A stretch of 64,000 nucleotides of DNA, from the IMG/VR virus record IMGVR_UViG_3300042197_002243; one strand, given 5' to 3'. The translations under genes and the position numbers were made by a program. This DNA is from a virus. Position 1 is the first letter of the stretch; every line of letters begins with the position of its first letter. Of this stretch, positions 43,635 through 53,512 are shown piece after piece. The notes beneath the pieces are model-generated. The model was not told the origin of the DNA and did not search any database. It worked only from the letters and a program-made list of their open reading frames with translations.

Positions 43635-44555
43635 TTACCAACTCTTGGGAAGTGTGAAGTTGTAGTGTGAGAATACTTCACGATTAACTAATTTATAAGC
43701 ACCATAATCGTTGCGGTGAACATAACCCTCATGACCAGAGTTGATGTAATCAACACCGAGGTCGATCGTAGCGCGAACATTATCCCCAGTGACGGTGATT
43801 CCTTCCATCAACAACAATTTAGCTTCGGTGAGCAAATTAAACAGCAGCAACAGATTGCCACTCAGAACATTAGAAACTGGACGACCTTCGCGGATACACT
43901 TATTAACTGCAATCTTCAACGCTTCGGTTTCTTTCTTTGTCTCGGGATACTTAACAAAATTGCTAACCACACTTGCAAGACCAAGAATGTAATCAATTCG
44001 ACGGCGGCGGGTGGTAAATTGTGCATTTGGATCTACAAAATGAATACCAAGAAAGGGACCAGTAAGATACTCGGGGACGCCGAAATGTGCTTGCAATTCT
44101 TTGATTGAATTACCAGTATAATGTGTATGACAAACAAACACGAGATCACGCTCTAAAATACCTGGAACGGAGCTAAAGTCATAAGTGATAGTATTTGGCG
44201 TGTAATTGCTTTCACCACCATAACCAATAAAATCACCTTGATAGATTCCCTCAAACTGCGGGAAGTGTGCCAGAATGGTATGAAGAATTGCAGCAACCTT
44301 TTGATTATCGCTATGATTCTTCTCGATGTCTGCGTGAGTATAATTGATCTTAACTTTGACCTTATTGAATACACTTTTCGTACCAACGAAAAACTTACCG
44401 TTCTCGGGATTTGTACCGAATACAATAGCAGGAGCGCCATCGTATTTTACGGTGCAACTACCCTTACAGTTACGAAGGTAGTTGATAGTATTCTGCACAG
44501 TTTTCTTGCCGAGCAGTGCAGAATCTTCGGGATGTTCGAGGTGAGTGTTCTTCAT
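43635..44555 (-). CDS. ATP-dependent ligase-fold nucleotidyltransferase-like protein (DUF6267-like); start revised to MKNTHLEH
   Basis: KYDG (motif I), QGDF, HEGYV (motif IV), YKLV (motif V). Confidence 0.65.
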   Translation of the reverse strand: MKNTHLEHPEDSALLGKKTVQNTINYLRNCKGSCTVKYDGAPAIVFGTNPENGKFFVGTKSVFNKVKVKINYTHADIEKNHSDNQKVAAILHTILAHFPQFEGIYQGDFIGYGGESNYTPNTITYDFSSVPGILERDLVFVCHTHYTGNSIKELQAHFGVPEYLTGPFLGIHFVDPNAQFTTRRRRIDYILGLASVVSNFVKYPETKKETEALKIAVNKCIREGRPVSNVLSGNLLLLFNLLTEAKLLLMEGITVTGDNVRATIDLGVDYINSGHEGYVHRNDYGAYKLVNREVFSHYNFTLPKSW

Positions 44556-44557
44556 GT

Positions 44558-44619
44558 GGCCATCATACGCGAAAAAAGGGGTCCGTAAAGACCCCTTGTG
44601 ACAGTTTAAGCACTGGCAC
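44558..44619 (-). promoter_or_regulatory. Early promoter cassette G (TATGAT-GGCC, hairpin AAGGGGTC/GACCCCTT)
   Basis: Repeat family member. Confidence 0.8.
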
Positions 44620-44764
44620 ACTCTTGCAATTCTTTCACACGTTCATAGCGTAGATTACGCAATTCATTATACTGTTTGTGTTGTTCTTTTGTCAGTTGAA
44701 AATAGTTACGATGCCATTCATCACGCAACTCTTTCATTTGTTTCAGCACTTCAGATGATTTCAT
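44606..44764 (-). CDS. Hypothetical protein (start revised to MKSSEVL)
   Basis: ATG follows the stop of the upstream microgene. Confidence 0.6.
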   Translation of the reverse strand: MKSSEVLKQMKELRDEWHRNYFQLTKEQHKQYNELRNLRYERVKELQECASA

Positions 44765-44765
44765 T

Positions 44766-44888
44766 TTAGTAATCGTAGTCGGCAGTAAGGTATTCGTTGA
44801 AGTCAAAGCCTTCGTCTTCACGAAGTTCGGGAATGTCGAAGATTTCCCCAGGAGCATCAACAATCTCAGTCCAAAGTTCGTCGTACAT
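44766..44888 (-). CDS. 40-aa highly acidic microprotein MYDELWTEIVDAPGEIFDIPEL...
   Basis: Hand-translated; GAGGG SD and own promoter. Confidence 0.65.
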   Translation of the reverse strand: MYDELWTEIVDAPGEIFDIPELREDEGFDFNEYLTADYDY

Positions 44889-44906
44889 AGTGTCCCTCAA
44901 GAACAT

Positions 44907-44967
44907 GGCCATAATACATGCAATGGGTTGCGGTTGGCAAGATAGTGGACAGTTCGATTAGTGGCTT
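44907..44967 (-). promoter_or_regulatory. Early promoter cassette H (TTGCCA-N18-TATTAT-GGCC)
   Basis: Repeat family member. Confidence 0.75.
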
Positions 44968-45176
44968 CCTTTGATGTCTTCTCCACTTTTTTTGAGTAAT
45001 GTTCTCATGTTTGATTGATGTGCTGATAATTCATCTTCAGCGCGGTGACGCATCCTACGAGCAATTACATTCGCTCTCCGGGCGCTTGTGGCTCGCTGCT
45101 GTTGAGTTTGTGCAGGTGTTGATGGTGTTAATCTACCACGCTCTAATTGCTCTTGAAAATCCTTAAATGACTTCAT
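44958..45176 (-). CDS. Basic protein with T4 capsid-targeting-like N-terminus (MKSFKDFQE)
   Basis: Resembles MKTYQEFIAE; late promoter upstream. Confidence 0.6.
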   Translation of the reverse strand: MKSFKDFQEQLERGRLTPSTPAQTQQQRATSARRANVIARRMRHRAEDELSAHQSNMRTLLKKSGEDIKGSH

Positions 45177-45192
45177 CTTTCGTCTTTTTAGG

Positions 45193-45199
45193 TATTTAG
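45193..45199 (-). promoter_or_regulatory. Late promoter CTAAATA inside the early region
   Basis: Plus-strand tatttag ending 16 nt before the ATG. Confidence 0.6.
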
Positions 45200-45207
45200 A
45201 TAATCAT

Positions 45208-45375
45208 CTATAATTTGACAATTTTATTGTAATCTAATTTATGAACAACAACACGAACATCGTGAGAACGATGTTGTCCTTTTGCCACCAAAATAGAAAG
45301 GGAAGAGTCACACACAAATGTGACAATTCCCACAACGTTCTTATACTTAACAGAATCACCCTCAGACAACAGCAT
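45208..45375 (-). CDS. SH3/KOW-like small protein (start revised to MLLSEGD)
   Basis: GD.V.Y....G.V..V pattern. Confidence 0.55.
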   Translation of the reverse strand: MLLSEGDSVKYKNVVGIVTFVCDSSLSILVAKGQHRSHDVRVVVHKLDYNKIVKL

Positions 45376-45541
45376 CAAGATCCTCCAAGAACATCCAATC
45401 TTCAGGTTCTTCGCCATCAACAACGAACTCTAGGTATAGTGCATCGGCATCATCATAACGATCTTTATCTACTAGATAGCACATTTGATGATTCCAATGA
45501 TCTTCAATCTCGATTAAGATTTGACGTTGCAGATTAGTCAT
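45362..45541 (-). CDS. 59-aa acidic hypothetical MTNLQRQILIE...
   Basis: Hand-translated; ATGA overlap. Confidence 0.55.
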   Translation of the reverse strand: MTNLQRQILIEIEDHWNHQMCYLVDKDRYDDADALYLEFVVDGEEPEDWMFLEDLDAVV

Positions 45542-45819
45542 GAGAACGCAGCTTCAAGAGGATTAACTTTAATTTGCATCGCAGAGTAAGGTGTAGTCTT
45601 GTTTGGATCTACTACACTACCCACTGTCGATGGATTGATTGGGGCATGGTATTGTCCTGTTTTGGAATTGTAGAATCCCCAGATACAACGAACAGGCTCC
45701 CCGTTGTTATAATCGTAAGTGCGATCGTCACATATCCAAATTGCAGTGACGTTGCGCTTAAATTGATTTTGCTCATAGTGATAATTGTGCGGTGCTTTGT
45801 GAGGAAACTTGACTGCCAT
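45538..45819 (-). CDS. Conserved cyanophage-type hypothetical
   Basis: ORF track; IWGFY..KT..Y.APIN...T.PYSAM. Confidence 0.7.
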   Translation of the reverse strand: MAVKFPHKAPHNYHYEQNQFKRNVTAIWICDDRTYDYNNGEPVRCIWGFYNSKTGQYHAPINPSTVGSVVDPNKTTPYSAMQIKVNPLEAAFS

Positions 45820-45821
45820 AA

Positions 45822-46055
45822 TCAGGTTACAAATGAATCAACAATACGAGATTCTTCTTCTTCAACAAGAGCAAATCGTGGTGCCTTGACTACATTTGCT
45901 AGAATACGATCATCGAAAGAACTTGCATACTCATCACGCCAATCAAGCAAAAGATCGTGACACTCATTATCATCTTTTGCAATCACGGTAACATTTCCAC
46001 CGTATTCTGATGTAGGGAATCCAACCCAATAATCGACAATGTAAATAGATTTCAT
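45822..46055 (-). CDS. Conserved hypothetical (YIVDYWV.FP.SEYGG)
   Basis: ORF track; AAGGAG SD. Confidence 0.7.
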   Translation of the reverse strand: MKSIYIVDYWVGFPTSEYGGNVTVIAKDDNECHDLLLDWRDEYASSFDDRILANVVKAPRFALVEEEESRIVDSFVT

Positions 46056-46068
46056 CTCTTTTTGCTAA

Positions 46069-46233
46069 TTACTCCTTAATTTTAGTAGATTGTTCGACGT
46101 TTGTCAACGCTTGCTGATGATAGTATGCTTTATACATGCGATCATCGCGTTGAATTAGAAACAAATTCCAACCAATGATTGCCACCACACCAAGTAAAGT
46201 GCCAACCAAATACTTGCGTTCAGTTTTAGTCAT
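46069..46233 (-). CDS. 54-aa single-pass membrane protein
   Basis: Hand-translated; ATGA overlap. Confidence 0.55.
   Translation of the reverse strand: MTKTERKYLVGTLLGVVAIIGWNLFLIQRDDRMYKAYYHQQALTNVEQSTKIKE
46079..46107 (-). promoter_or_regulatory. Sigma70-type promoter TTGACA-N17-TAAAAT
   Basis: Read directly. Confidence 0.7.
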
Positions 46234-46610
46234 GCTGCAAGAGCTCCAGAGGGGATTTCTTGACTTTCCAAATAGGTTTCGTGCCAGTCACAAGTATCAT
46301 AGCACAACCAACCTTCAGATTCAGTGAAGATGTAACCATACTCTTCATTGTTCTGAAGATACTCACCCAGGTTCTTATCAAGGCGAGGAGGAGTATCTTC
46401 ACCACGAGCAGAATAATACTCAGGTTGGTGGTCATCATTCCAAGCAACACTCATGTCGCCACCATCAATCAGTTCAGCAGCAAGTTCTTTGCTATTATAA
46501 TGAGTCTTCAGAATACGACCCAACCACTCAGGATAACCATCCCAATGATGATACACTGAGAGCACAGATTCGTCAGAAAGTTGGATACCGATGCGGGAGC
46601 GGGTTGCCAT
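46230..46610 (-). CDS. Conserved phage hypothetical (M.TRS.I...Y.HWDGYP family)
   Basis: ORF track; own cassette. Confidence 0.75.
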   Translation of the reverse strand: MATRSRIGIQLSDESVLSVYHHWDGYPEWLGRILKTHYNSKELAAELIDGGDMSVAWNDDHQPEYYSARGEDTPPRLDKNLGEYLQNNEEYGYIFTESEGWLCYDTCDWHETYLESQEIPSGALAA

Positions 46611-46629
46611 GCGATGTTTGTCTCAACAT

Positions 46630-46692
46630 GGCCAAGATACCAAGAATCTAGGAGCAGCACAAGAGGGCTTGTGACAGTTTCTCAACTGTCAC
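46630..46692 (-). promoter_or_regulatory. Early promoter cassette I with perfect GTGACAGTT-N4-AACTGTCAC
   Basis: TTGTGC-N17-TATCTT-GGCC. Confidence 0.85.
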
Positions 46693-46891
46693 TCAATGCC
46701 GATCCGCGCCAATTCTTTGGTGGCGGTGGATCACATTTTCCCTCTAAAGAACGTACCATAAGTTCAGCAAATTTTTCCATCTTTTCTGCTGATACTGTTT
46801 GTGGAGAATAACTGATAGCATCTTTTAATGCTACCAATTCATTCCATTCTTCCGTGCTAAGATCAGATGTTCCCGTGCGAACTTGAGACAT
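46682..46891 (-). CDS. Hypothetical protein (start revised to MSQVRT)
   Basis: GGAGG SD; TGtTATGAT -10 at 46913-46918. Confidence 0.65.
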   Translation of the reverse strand: MSQVRTGTSDLSTEEWNELVALKDAISYSPQTVSAEKMEKFAELMVRSLEGKCDPPPPKNWRGSALSDS

Positions 46892-46974
46892 AACTACCTC
46901 CAATGTGAGGCTATCATAACATAGATAACCTGAATTATGTATTAATTTAATAATTTCTTTGGGATCATGAAATA

Positions 46975-47259
46975 TTATAGTGCAAACTTGTCTTGTCTTG
47001 CTTGTCGCATAGCATTATCCTGCCCAAAATCAATTTTGAATTGCTGCAATTCATCTTTAGTTGCTTTACGAACTTCGCAACAATTTTTTGCACGTTCTCC
47101 CCAAAAAAGTTTATCCCCATTTTTTAGTTTCAAATATTTTCGCAATTTTTCTGGAATGGAGATGATATATTCATCCTTTCCATTTTCATTCTTAACTTTT
47201 TCTATTGGTAATGTCCAAATAACTTCGGGCATTGTGTTAGATCCTACTTTATTTTCCAT
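46975..47259 (-). CDS. AbrB/MazE/SpoVT-like DNA-binding protein
   Basis: IISIPEKLRKYLKLKNGDKLFW; AAGGAG SD. Confidence 0.65.
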   Translation of the reverse strand: MENKVGSNTMPEVIWTLPIEKVKNENGKDEYIISIPEKLRKYLKLKNGDKLFWGERAKNCCEVRKATKDELQQFKIDFGQDNAMRQARQDKFAL

Positions 47260-47317
47260 AATTACTCCTTTGACTTACAAACCTTTATGTTCTTTATGTA
47301 GTTATTTTGTTTTAATT

Positions 47318-47926
47318 TTACACCGTATTAAACCAAAAACCAAGCACCAATCTAGAATTAAATAAATTATTGCCAAAATAGTAGTGTGGTGCATGATAAC
47401 GGGTTCCTTTATATAAAACAAATCTATTAAATTTGTTTACGAGTTCCACCTCTATTTCGTAATTTTTATTAAATTGTTCTTTGAACTCAACATACTTCGA
47501 TATAATTTTTATGTCATGAGTTGTTGATGCAACAAAGAAATTAACTGATGGGTCAACAGGTGAGCTAATAAGAATATTTTCGTCCATAATGGGATTGCAA
47601 AGTATTGTTCCAGAATGATCTGGTGGATGTTCATTTAGATAAATCAATCCCGCATACTTCATACTATCATGATGTATTAAACCAAGTCTATGAATAGCAG
47701 ATGTAATATGAAAAGCGCAAGAAAACTTTGTGATACTTGTATCAAATGTTTTTTCTAAAAAATTAATAATATATTCGCTAATATCATTTGGTACTTCACA
47801 CCTAACTCCAGGATAATTTCTACCCGCATCATTTATTATACAACTATGTTTTTCGGCAAGAAGATCGAGGGCTATTTGCCGAACTTCATATGGATTATCA
47901 AAAAAGTTATCAATAATTTTGTGCAT
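47318..47926 (-). CDS. DUF6445-like 2OG-Fe(II) oxygenase-fold protein (start revised to MHKIID)
   Basis: IIDNFFDNPY.VR, YPG.R, IHHD, AGLIYL, N.FNR.VLY....YH, SRL...FW. Confidence 0.75.
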   Translation of the reverse strand: MHKIIDNFFDNPYEVRQIALDLLAEKHSCIINDAGRNYPGVRCEVPNDISEYIINFLEKTFDTSITKFSCAFHITSAIHRLGLIHHDSMKYAGLIYLNEHPPDHSGTILCNPIMDENILISSPVDPSVNFFVASTTHDIKIISKYVEFKEQFNKNYEIEVELVNKFNRFVLYKGTRYHAPHYYFGNNLFNSRLVLGFWFNTV

Positions 47927-49370
47927 TTGAAATTTGATTAACGAATTTTTTATGACCAATCCAAAACAACTGCTCCTCAAAATTATTATAATTGTCTAAT
48001 TCTTCTTGTGCAAATTCATACATTTGATATTGATTATATTCAGATTTAATTTTATCACGATCAAACCAATCCAATCCGTAAAGAATTGGTATATAATTAA
48101 CCGAATTAAACATTCCCCACGGGCAGTTAATATCCGATCCCAATGGCATTCTAGTTTTCCATTTATCAAGATAATTTTCAAGATTTGGTGTTAATTTTAG
48201 ATTATTCTTGACCTCTTTCCAAAATGGAGTATCTTCTCTTTTTACAAGATAGTGTGCTTGAACATAATCGGCAATGTTGTCAAAAATATTATTTACATGC
48301 TCATTACAACTTTCCTCATCATATGATGGTAAAAAGTGTATGAAACAGAACATTTGCTGTATCACACTACCAATAGATGTGGCTTCCAATGGTTCAACAA
48401 AACTTTGAGATAATCCCACGGCATAACAATTTTTATGCCATGCTTTTTCTAAACGACCAGGATCAAACTTAAATGATCTTGCAATTTCTAAAGTTTGACC
48501 ATATGCTTCTTCCATTTCTTGATGAGCTTCATCTTTTCCAATGAATCCGTCACAATAAACGTATCCATTACCAGTTCTTGTTTGTGTGGGGATTGTCCAA
48601 GACCAACCATTCTTTCTTGCCGTAGATTTAGTATATTTGTTATACTCTTCCATTTCATTTGTTGGAAATGCAATAGCAGAATTCAATGGAAAGTATTGTG
48701 CATATGATTTCCATTTAATGCCATAAGTTTTTTGTAAAAGAAGTCTTGCAAATCCAGTACAATCAATGAAAAAATCTGCAAAATGTTCCCATTCATTTGA
48801 TACAACAGAACGAATATCTCCAGTACTTTCATCTAAAGTTGCACCAGTTAAGTTATCAATAACAATTTCAATATTTCTTTTTTCACACTCCTTATGTAAA
48901 AATTGATTTAATGTAAATGTATCAAAGTGGTATTGATTTGTTGGGGAATCATTTAAATTGTTAAAATTATTTAAAGAAACTTTATTCTCCCAAGTTTTGT
49001 CGGATTGCATTTTTTGTGGTGCCTGACCAGTAGCAATTACATGAGCATAGTTATAGTAATAACTTCCTATTGTTTTTGCATGTGGCGATCCAATGTTGTG
49101 CATGAAATCATTTTCTGCCCAATTATCGAAATATACACCAATCTTAAATGTTGCATTACAGTGCAATATTGCATCGAGTTGATTGATTCCAACGAATCTA
49201 CAAAATTCTGCCCAATGTTCTGTAGAACTTTCACCAACTCCAACAATACCTATATCAGAAGATTCTATAATTTTAATCTCTTTTTGTGGAAATCTTGTTT
49301 TTAAAATTAAAGCTGCAATGCAACCAGCAGTGCCTCCACCAACTACAATAATGCTATCAGTTTCTTTCAT
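47910..49370 (-). CDS. Flavin-dependent (tryptophan-halogenase/PrnA family) halogenase
   Basis: GGGTAG, GVGES, ATFK (catalytic Lys position), FIDCTGF, GWSWTIP (WxWxIP), FVEPLEATSI. Confidence 0.9.
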   Translation of the reverse strand: MKETDSIIVVGGGTAGCIAALILKTRFPQKEIKIIESSDIGIVGVGESSTEHWAEFCRFVGINQLDAILHCNATFKIGVYFDNWAENDFMHNIGSPHAKTIGSYYYNYAHVIATGQAPQKMQSDKTWENKVSLNNFNNLNDSPTNQYHFDTFTLNQFLHKECEKRNIEIVIDNLTGATLDESTGDIRSVVSNEWEHFADFFIDCTGFARLLLQKTYGIKWKSYAQYFPLNSAIAFPTNEMEEYNKYTKSTARKNGWSWTIPTQTRTGNGYVYCDGFIGKDEAHQEMEEAYGQTLEIARSFKFDPGRLEKAWHKNCYAVGLSQSFVEPLEATSIGSVIQQMFCFIHFLPSYDEESCNEHVNNIFDNIADYVQAHYLVKREDTPFWKEVKNNLKLTPNLENYLDKWKTRMPLGSDINCPWGMFNSVNYIPILYGLDWFDRDKIKSEYNQYQMYEFAQEELDNYNNFEEQLFWIGHKKFVNQISNAQNY

Positions 49371-49593
49371 CCAATTCTTTCCTCAGTTCTTTTGCAAGTT
49401 TCATGGATCTTCTCCATATCATATATTTAACGATTGGATTATTAGGGTTTTGAGTAACCAACCACTTTAGCTTTTGATATTCTATTTCAATTCTTTTTTG
49501 AGTTAATACTAAAAAAGTTGCCAAGGAACTATCCGTGACAACAAAGTATCCGATAATTAAAAATAATCCTAACCAAAAGTATAGTGAAATCAT
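49357..49593 (-). CDS. Small membrane protein
   Basis: N-terminal TM helix. Confidence 0.65.
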   Translation of the reverse strand: MISLYFWLGLFLIIGYFVVTDSSLATFLVLTQKRIEIEYQKLKWLVTQNPNNPIVKYMIWRRSMKLAKELRKELDERN

Positions 49594-49766
49594 TTAACAA
49601 ATACCGTTCCTGATTGTGGTTGAACACGGTGATTTTTAATGAATTTCTGTGCTTCACGAACCGTAGAAACCATTTCTAATTGATAACCACCATGTATAAT
49701 AATTAGGTTCTTTTTACCATAAGGAACCGCAGCATATCCGTCGTCAGTAATAAAACCTTGTTTCAT
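49590..49766 (-). CDS. 58-aa hypothetical MKQGFITDDGYAAVPYG...
   Basis: Hand-translated; ATGA overlaps at both ends. Confidence 0.65.
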   Translation of the reverse strand: MKQGFITDDGYAAVPYGKKNLIIIHGGYQLEMVSTVREAQKFIKNHRVQPQSGTVFVK

Positions 49767-50305
49767 GATACTAAAAATTGCTTTTCATATTCTTTCAGTT
49801 CTTCGGGAACATTCAGAATATTAGAATCAATCGGCATAGACTTGTTCCATCTTACAGCATTCTCTGGTCTTTTGTAAAGCTTAATGCCTAGATGATTATA
49901 CTTCAGATGTGTGGGAACTTTGACCTCATAAGTATCACCATCATTTGATGTCAAGTAACTGAGTTCCAGGTTCTCCTCCGCTGTGACCACAATGGTCTGA
50001 CAAGAGAGCAAAAAGATTTCCTGAAACTTGTCAAGGCTGGACAAATACACGTCTGGGTTGTCCAGAATCATGCGCGAAATGAATTGTGGAGACAAACAAT
50101 GGTCATGTACGACCTTTTTCTTTACACTTTTGTTTTTCAGTGCATTTTCGCTGATCAGACCAGTAGGATTAGGGATGCCCGAGTCAAAGACGCCGATATA
50201 ATAGATTCTAGTAATCGGGCGAGCAAACTCTGGTTTTCCCCAGTTATGCAAATTAGCCTTGAGACTATTGTATGCGGTCTCGCAGTAGGATTTCCAGTCT
50301 TTCAT
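49763..50305 (-). CDS. Hypothetical protein, possible degenerate His-Me (HNH-like) fold
   Basis: HDH..SP...VT.EEN spacing; function weakly supported. Confidence 0.55.
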   Translation of the reverse strand: MKDWKSYCETAYNSLKANLHNWGKPEFARPITRIYYIGVFDSGIPNPTGLISENALKNKSVKKKVVHDHCLSPQFISRMILDNPDVYLSSLDKFQEIFLLSCQTIVVTAEENLELSYLTSNDGDTYEVKVPTHLKYNHLGIKLYKRPENAVRWNKSMPIDSNILNVPEELKEYEKQFLVS

Positions 50306-52291
50306 TTTTTGCAGTGAAGAAAATAGAAGTAACGTGCTGCGTTGGTAGGGACATATTGTACCACATCACAACCCCTATAGGTATCCACAACCACAAATTT
50401 TCTGTCTATTGGACTTGGTTGCATTTCTACCCAGTTCGCGGCAAAGTTGATACCAAATGCAAGCACTGCAAAGCCAGTAAAAATTAGAATAGCATTTTTC
50501 ACGGCGTTTCATCGCTCCAGTAGTATCTTAGTTTATCACCATTAGCGTGAATATTCAAGTGATAGATTTTACCATCTTGAGTATAACACCCAATCCACAG
50601 ACTGCGTTCATTCATACTTTCCAGGTGAAACATTTCCACATCTTTCAGCACGATTTCATCTGGATTTTCAGTTCTACTTTTTTTCTCTCGTTCCCACTGA
50701 TCCTTCTCAATTTCAGCAAGACGCAACATAGCATCCCCGTGTTTCTCATAGATTTCATCAAGGGCATCAAGTGCCTTACGTTCTGCTTCACGACGCTCTG
50801 CTTCCTCAAACATTTCGTCGGGATATGGTTCTTGGTTTCTCATAAGTTCTCGGATTTTGTCTTTTCCGTATTCAGTGAGTTCGTGTTTTTTGTTGCGAAG
50901 TTCTTCTACTTCTTGTTGGGTGAGATTAACCCACGGCATATCATCATTCATTCCGATTGCTCCCAAAGTTTTTCACGCAGCATTCTAACACATTTATTCC
51001 ATTCGTAGGAATTCGTGTCGTGTTCTTTCGGCATCCATTCTTCAACGGCATCTACAATCTCATCACACATATCAATAGAGAAACCAAGTTGATGTCTCAT
51101 CACATTCCACAACGATGGTGGGCGTTTGAAATGTTTTTCAAGTAGTTTGTCAAGGTCAAATACACCATCTTCCTTTGCTTGTTTCATAGCATCACGAAGC
51201 CCTTCTGCAACTTGTTCTGGTGTTTGTGGTGATGGTTGAAATTCAGTCATTTCAGTTCCTCTTCATTTTGTTCAATCTGAAAGATAGCATTTAGAAACTC
51301 CAAACCATACTTACCCACAACCCAGGCATCTTTATCCTCAAAGAACCGATCACCCACAGTTTCCATATCATATCCTTCTGTGTTTTTATTGAAGAAAGCA
51401 ACGACATAGCAACTATCACCAGAGTCGTGAGTATACCACTTGACGAGTTCATACTTGTTGTTGACTTTGCTCCAACGGAACTCTACATTACGAAATCTCA
51501 TTGTTCTCCTCAAAATCAAACCATTCATACAAAGAATTCATCGCACCCTCAACCACACAATCAACCACAGCATCTTGGTGCGGGTTTTCTACATGCTTGT
51601 GAGCACGATTATAACCATAACGGACACCTTCTTCAAGTGCCATTTCTAATACTTTGCGAAAGTTGGGTTTCATTCTTCATCCTCTTCATAAGGGAACATT
51701 TCATCATACTCTTCATCAGTCAGAGTAAGATACTGAACATCAGCATTTTTGTGCTCTTCGGCATACACCAACTGATAGTGAGCAAAACTACTTTCAGAAG
51801 TGCTGGCGTATTCTAAAAGACCATCAACAAAGCATAGGTAGTTCATTCAAGCACCTCCCAGTGTGCGTCAGATTTGTCACCGAAACGATTGGTTCCAGTT
51901 CGTGTGCTAACCCAGAAGAAGTATTTGCGGTTTTCTGATGCCAAGAATAACTCACCACCAGTGTCTTGCTCTACAATACAGACGGGATTGTTGTCCATAA
52001 TGTTACACAGACGGTTCTTCGCCTTGCTGCTTTTGGGTTTTACGGTTACTTTTCTCATTTTGGATCTCAAGTTTCAGTTTGCGGATACCAGTGATAAAAT
52101 AAGCGAAGTCGCGGGCTTCAGTGATAGGTTTGATCTCACCACACACATCACACTTGCTCTCATAAACAGATGAACAACCTACAGAATAAACACCATAGGT
52201 AGTACCACAATCAAAGCATGTGTTGTATGCTTGTTCAAGACGTTTGAGTAGTGCTTTCTTCTCTTTGAGTGTCATAGGTCTGTTTCAATAT

Positions 52292-52352
52292 GGCCATTAT
52301 ACATCTTCAGAACCGCAATCATCCTCGGAGTGGTCAGTTTCCAAACTGTCTT
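52292..52352 (-). promoter_or_regulatory. Early promoter cassette J (TATAAT-GGCC; tggtcagtt-tcca-aactgtctt)
   Basis: Degenerate family member inside the 3' end of the upstream gene. Confidence 0.7.
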
Positions 52353-53512
52353 TCAACCGTTCCATTACTTCATCAAGAGAGTATGTTTTCTGTTTACCAG
52401 TATCAATATCCTCTACAAGTTGGTGTAAATAATCAAGAAATTCTTTGGGATATGTTTCATCCATGTTGATACTGCACCAGAACCACTGATAACATTCCTC
52501 ATATGGATCATCCTCTTTTAGTAGAGCATAGTTCTCATAGTTTCCACTGATAAGATCACGCCACATCTTAAAGTTGTTCCAGATTTCTCTCCATCCTGTT
52601 TGAAAACAGTGACCGAAGTAATACTCAATCCAGTTTAGTTTCTTTGCCATTTACCTCATAACGTCCGTAACCATTAGTTTCATTATACCCTTCCCAGAAA
52701 GAGTTCCAAGCAGATTGACATTCGGGTGTTGTATCATCCTTATCACATTCAAGTTTAGCAGGACGATGGCCGCTCAACAGTTCATACAAACCAAGACATT
52801 TTTGATAGTATTCTTTGTGATGATCGAGATTCTCTTTAACTACTGTACGAATAGTAGAATAAATCTCATGCGGTGATGCGTCGCCATTGATTGCATCATG
52901 CACCCAATCTTCCAGTTTCTCAAGAGAGTATTTTTTGTAATCAAAGTCCATAATTAAAACCAAGAACCTTTGAGTGATTTGTGTGATTGTTTCATTGCCT
53001 TATAGAGTTTTTTAATCTCTTGATAGGCATTTTCTGCAGTGATTTTACCACCGAGGGCCATATTTGTCAAATAGGAGACATGGTGGGAAAAGTTATTTAA
53101 ATTATTAATTGTAGCAATATCCAGAAAACTCACATCGGCTTCTGGATTCATCGGGGGAGTTGGATACAAAAACTCTTCTTTTGTTTGGTGTTTTGGTGTT
53201 GTCATTTTAGCACTCATCCATTTTAAGGTAATCTAAATCAACATTTTCGCGGTAATCCCAGTTCCAAGTGCGAGAAAGCACATCAATATCAAACCCAAAC
53301 TTGTATGCCCAGAACAGAATACTCAACAGACCATTACCACCAGAAGTAACTTGAACGTAAGGCCAACTGGGGCAATCGTTCCAACTTACAGAAAATTGAA
53401 ACAAACTCCAGCGTTTAATGTTCACAACTTGAACATAAACTTCGTGTCCAAAGTCATAACGATATTTAAATTTAATTGGGTTCATTGTTTTGTAGAGACC
53501 TCATATTCTACA

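Noticed and set aside
39051-46692. Recurrent repeats as a CRISPR array or integron attC sites
   Set aside because: Spacing is irregular (hundreds to thousands of bp), intervals contain whole genes, repeats contain -10/-35/SD elements, and no cas or integrase gene is present.
46671-46692. CRP or NtcA site
   Set aside because: Half-site spacing (N14 between TGTGA-like and TCACA-like half-sites) fits neither consensus.
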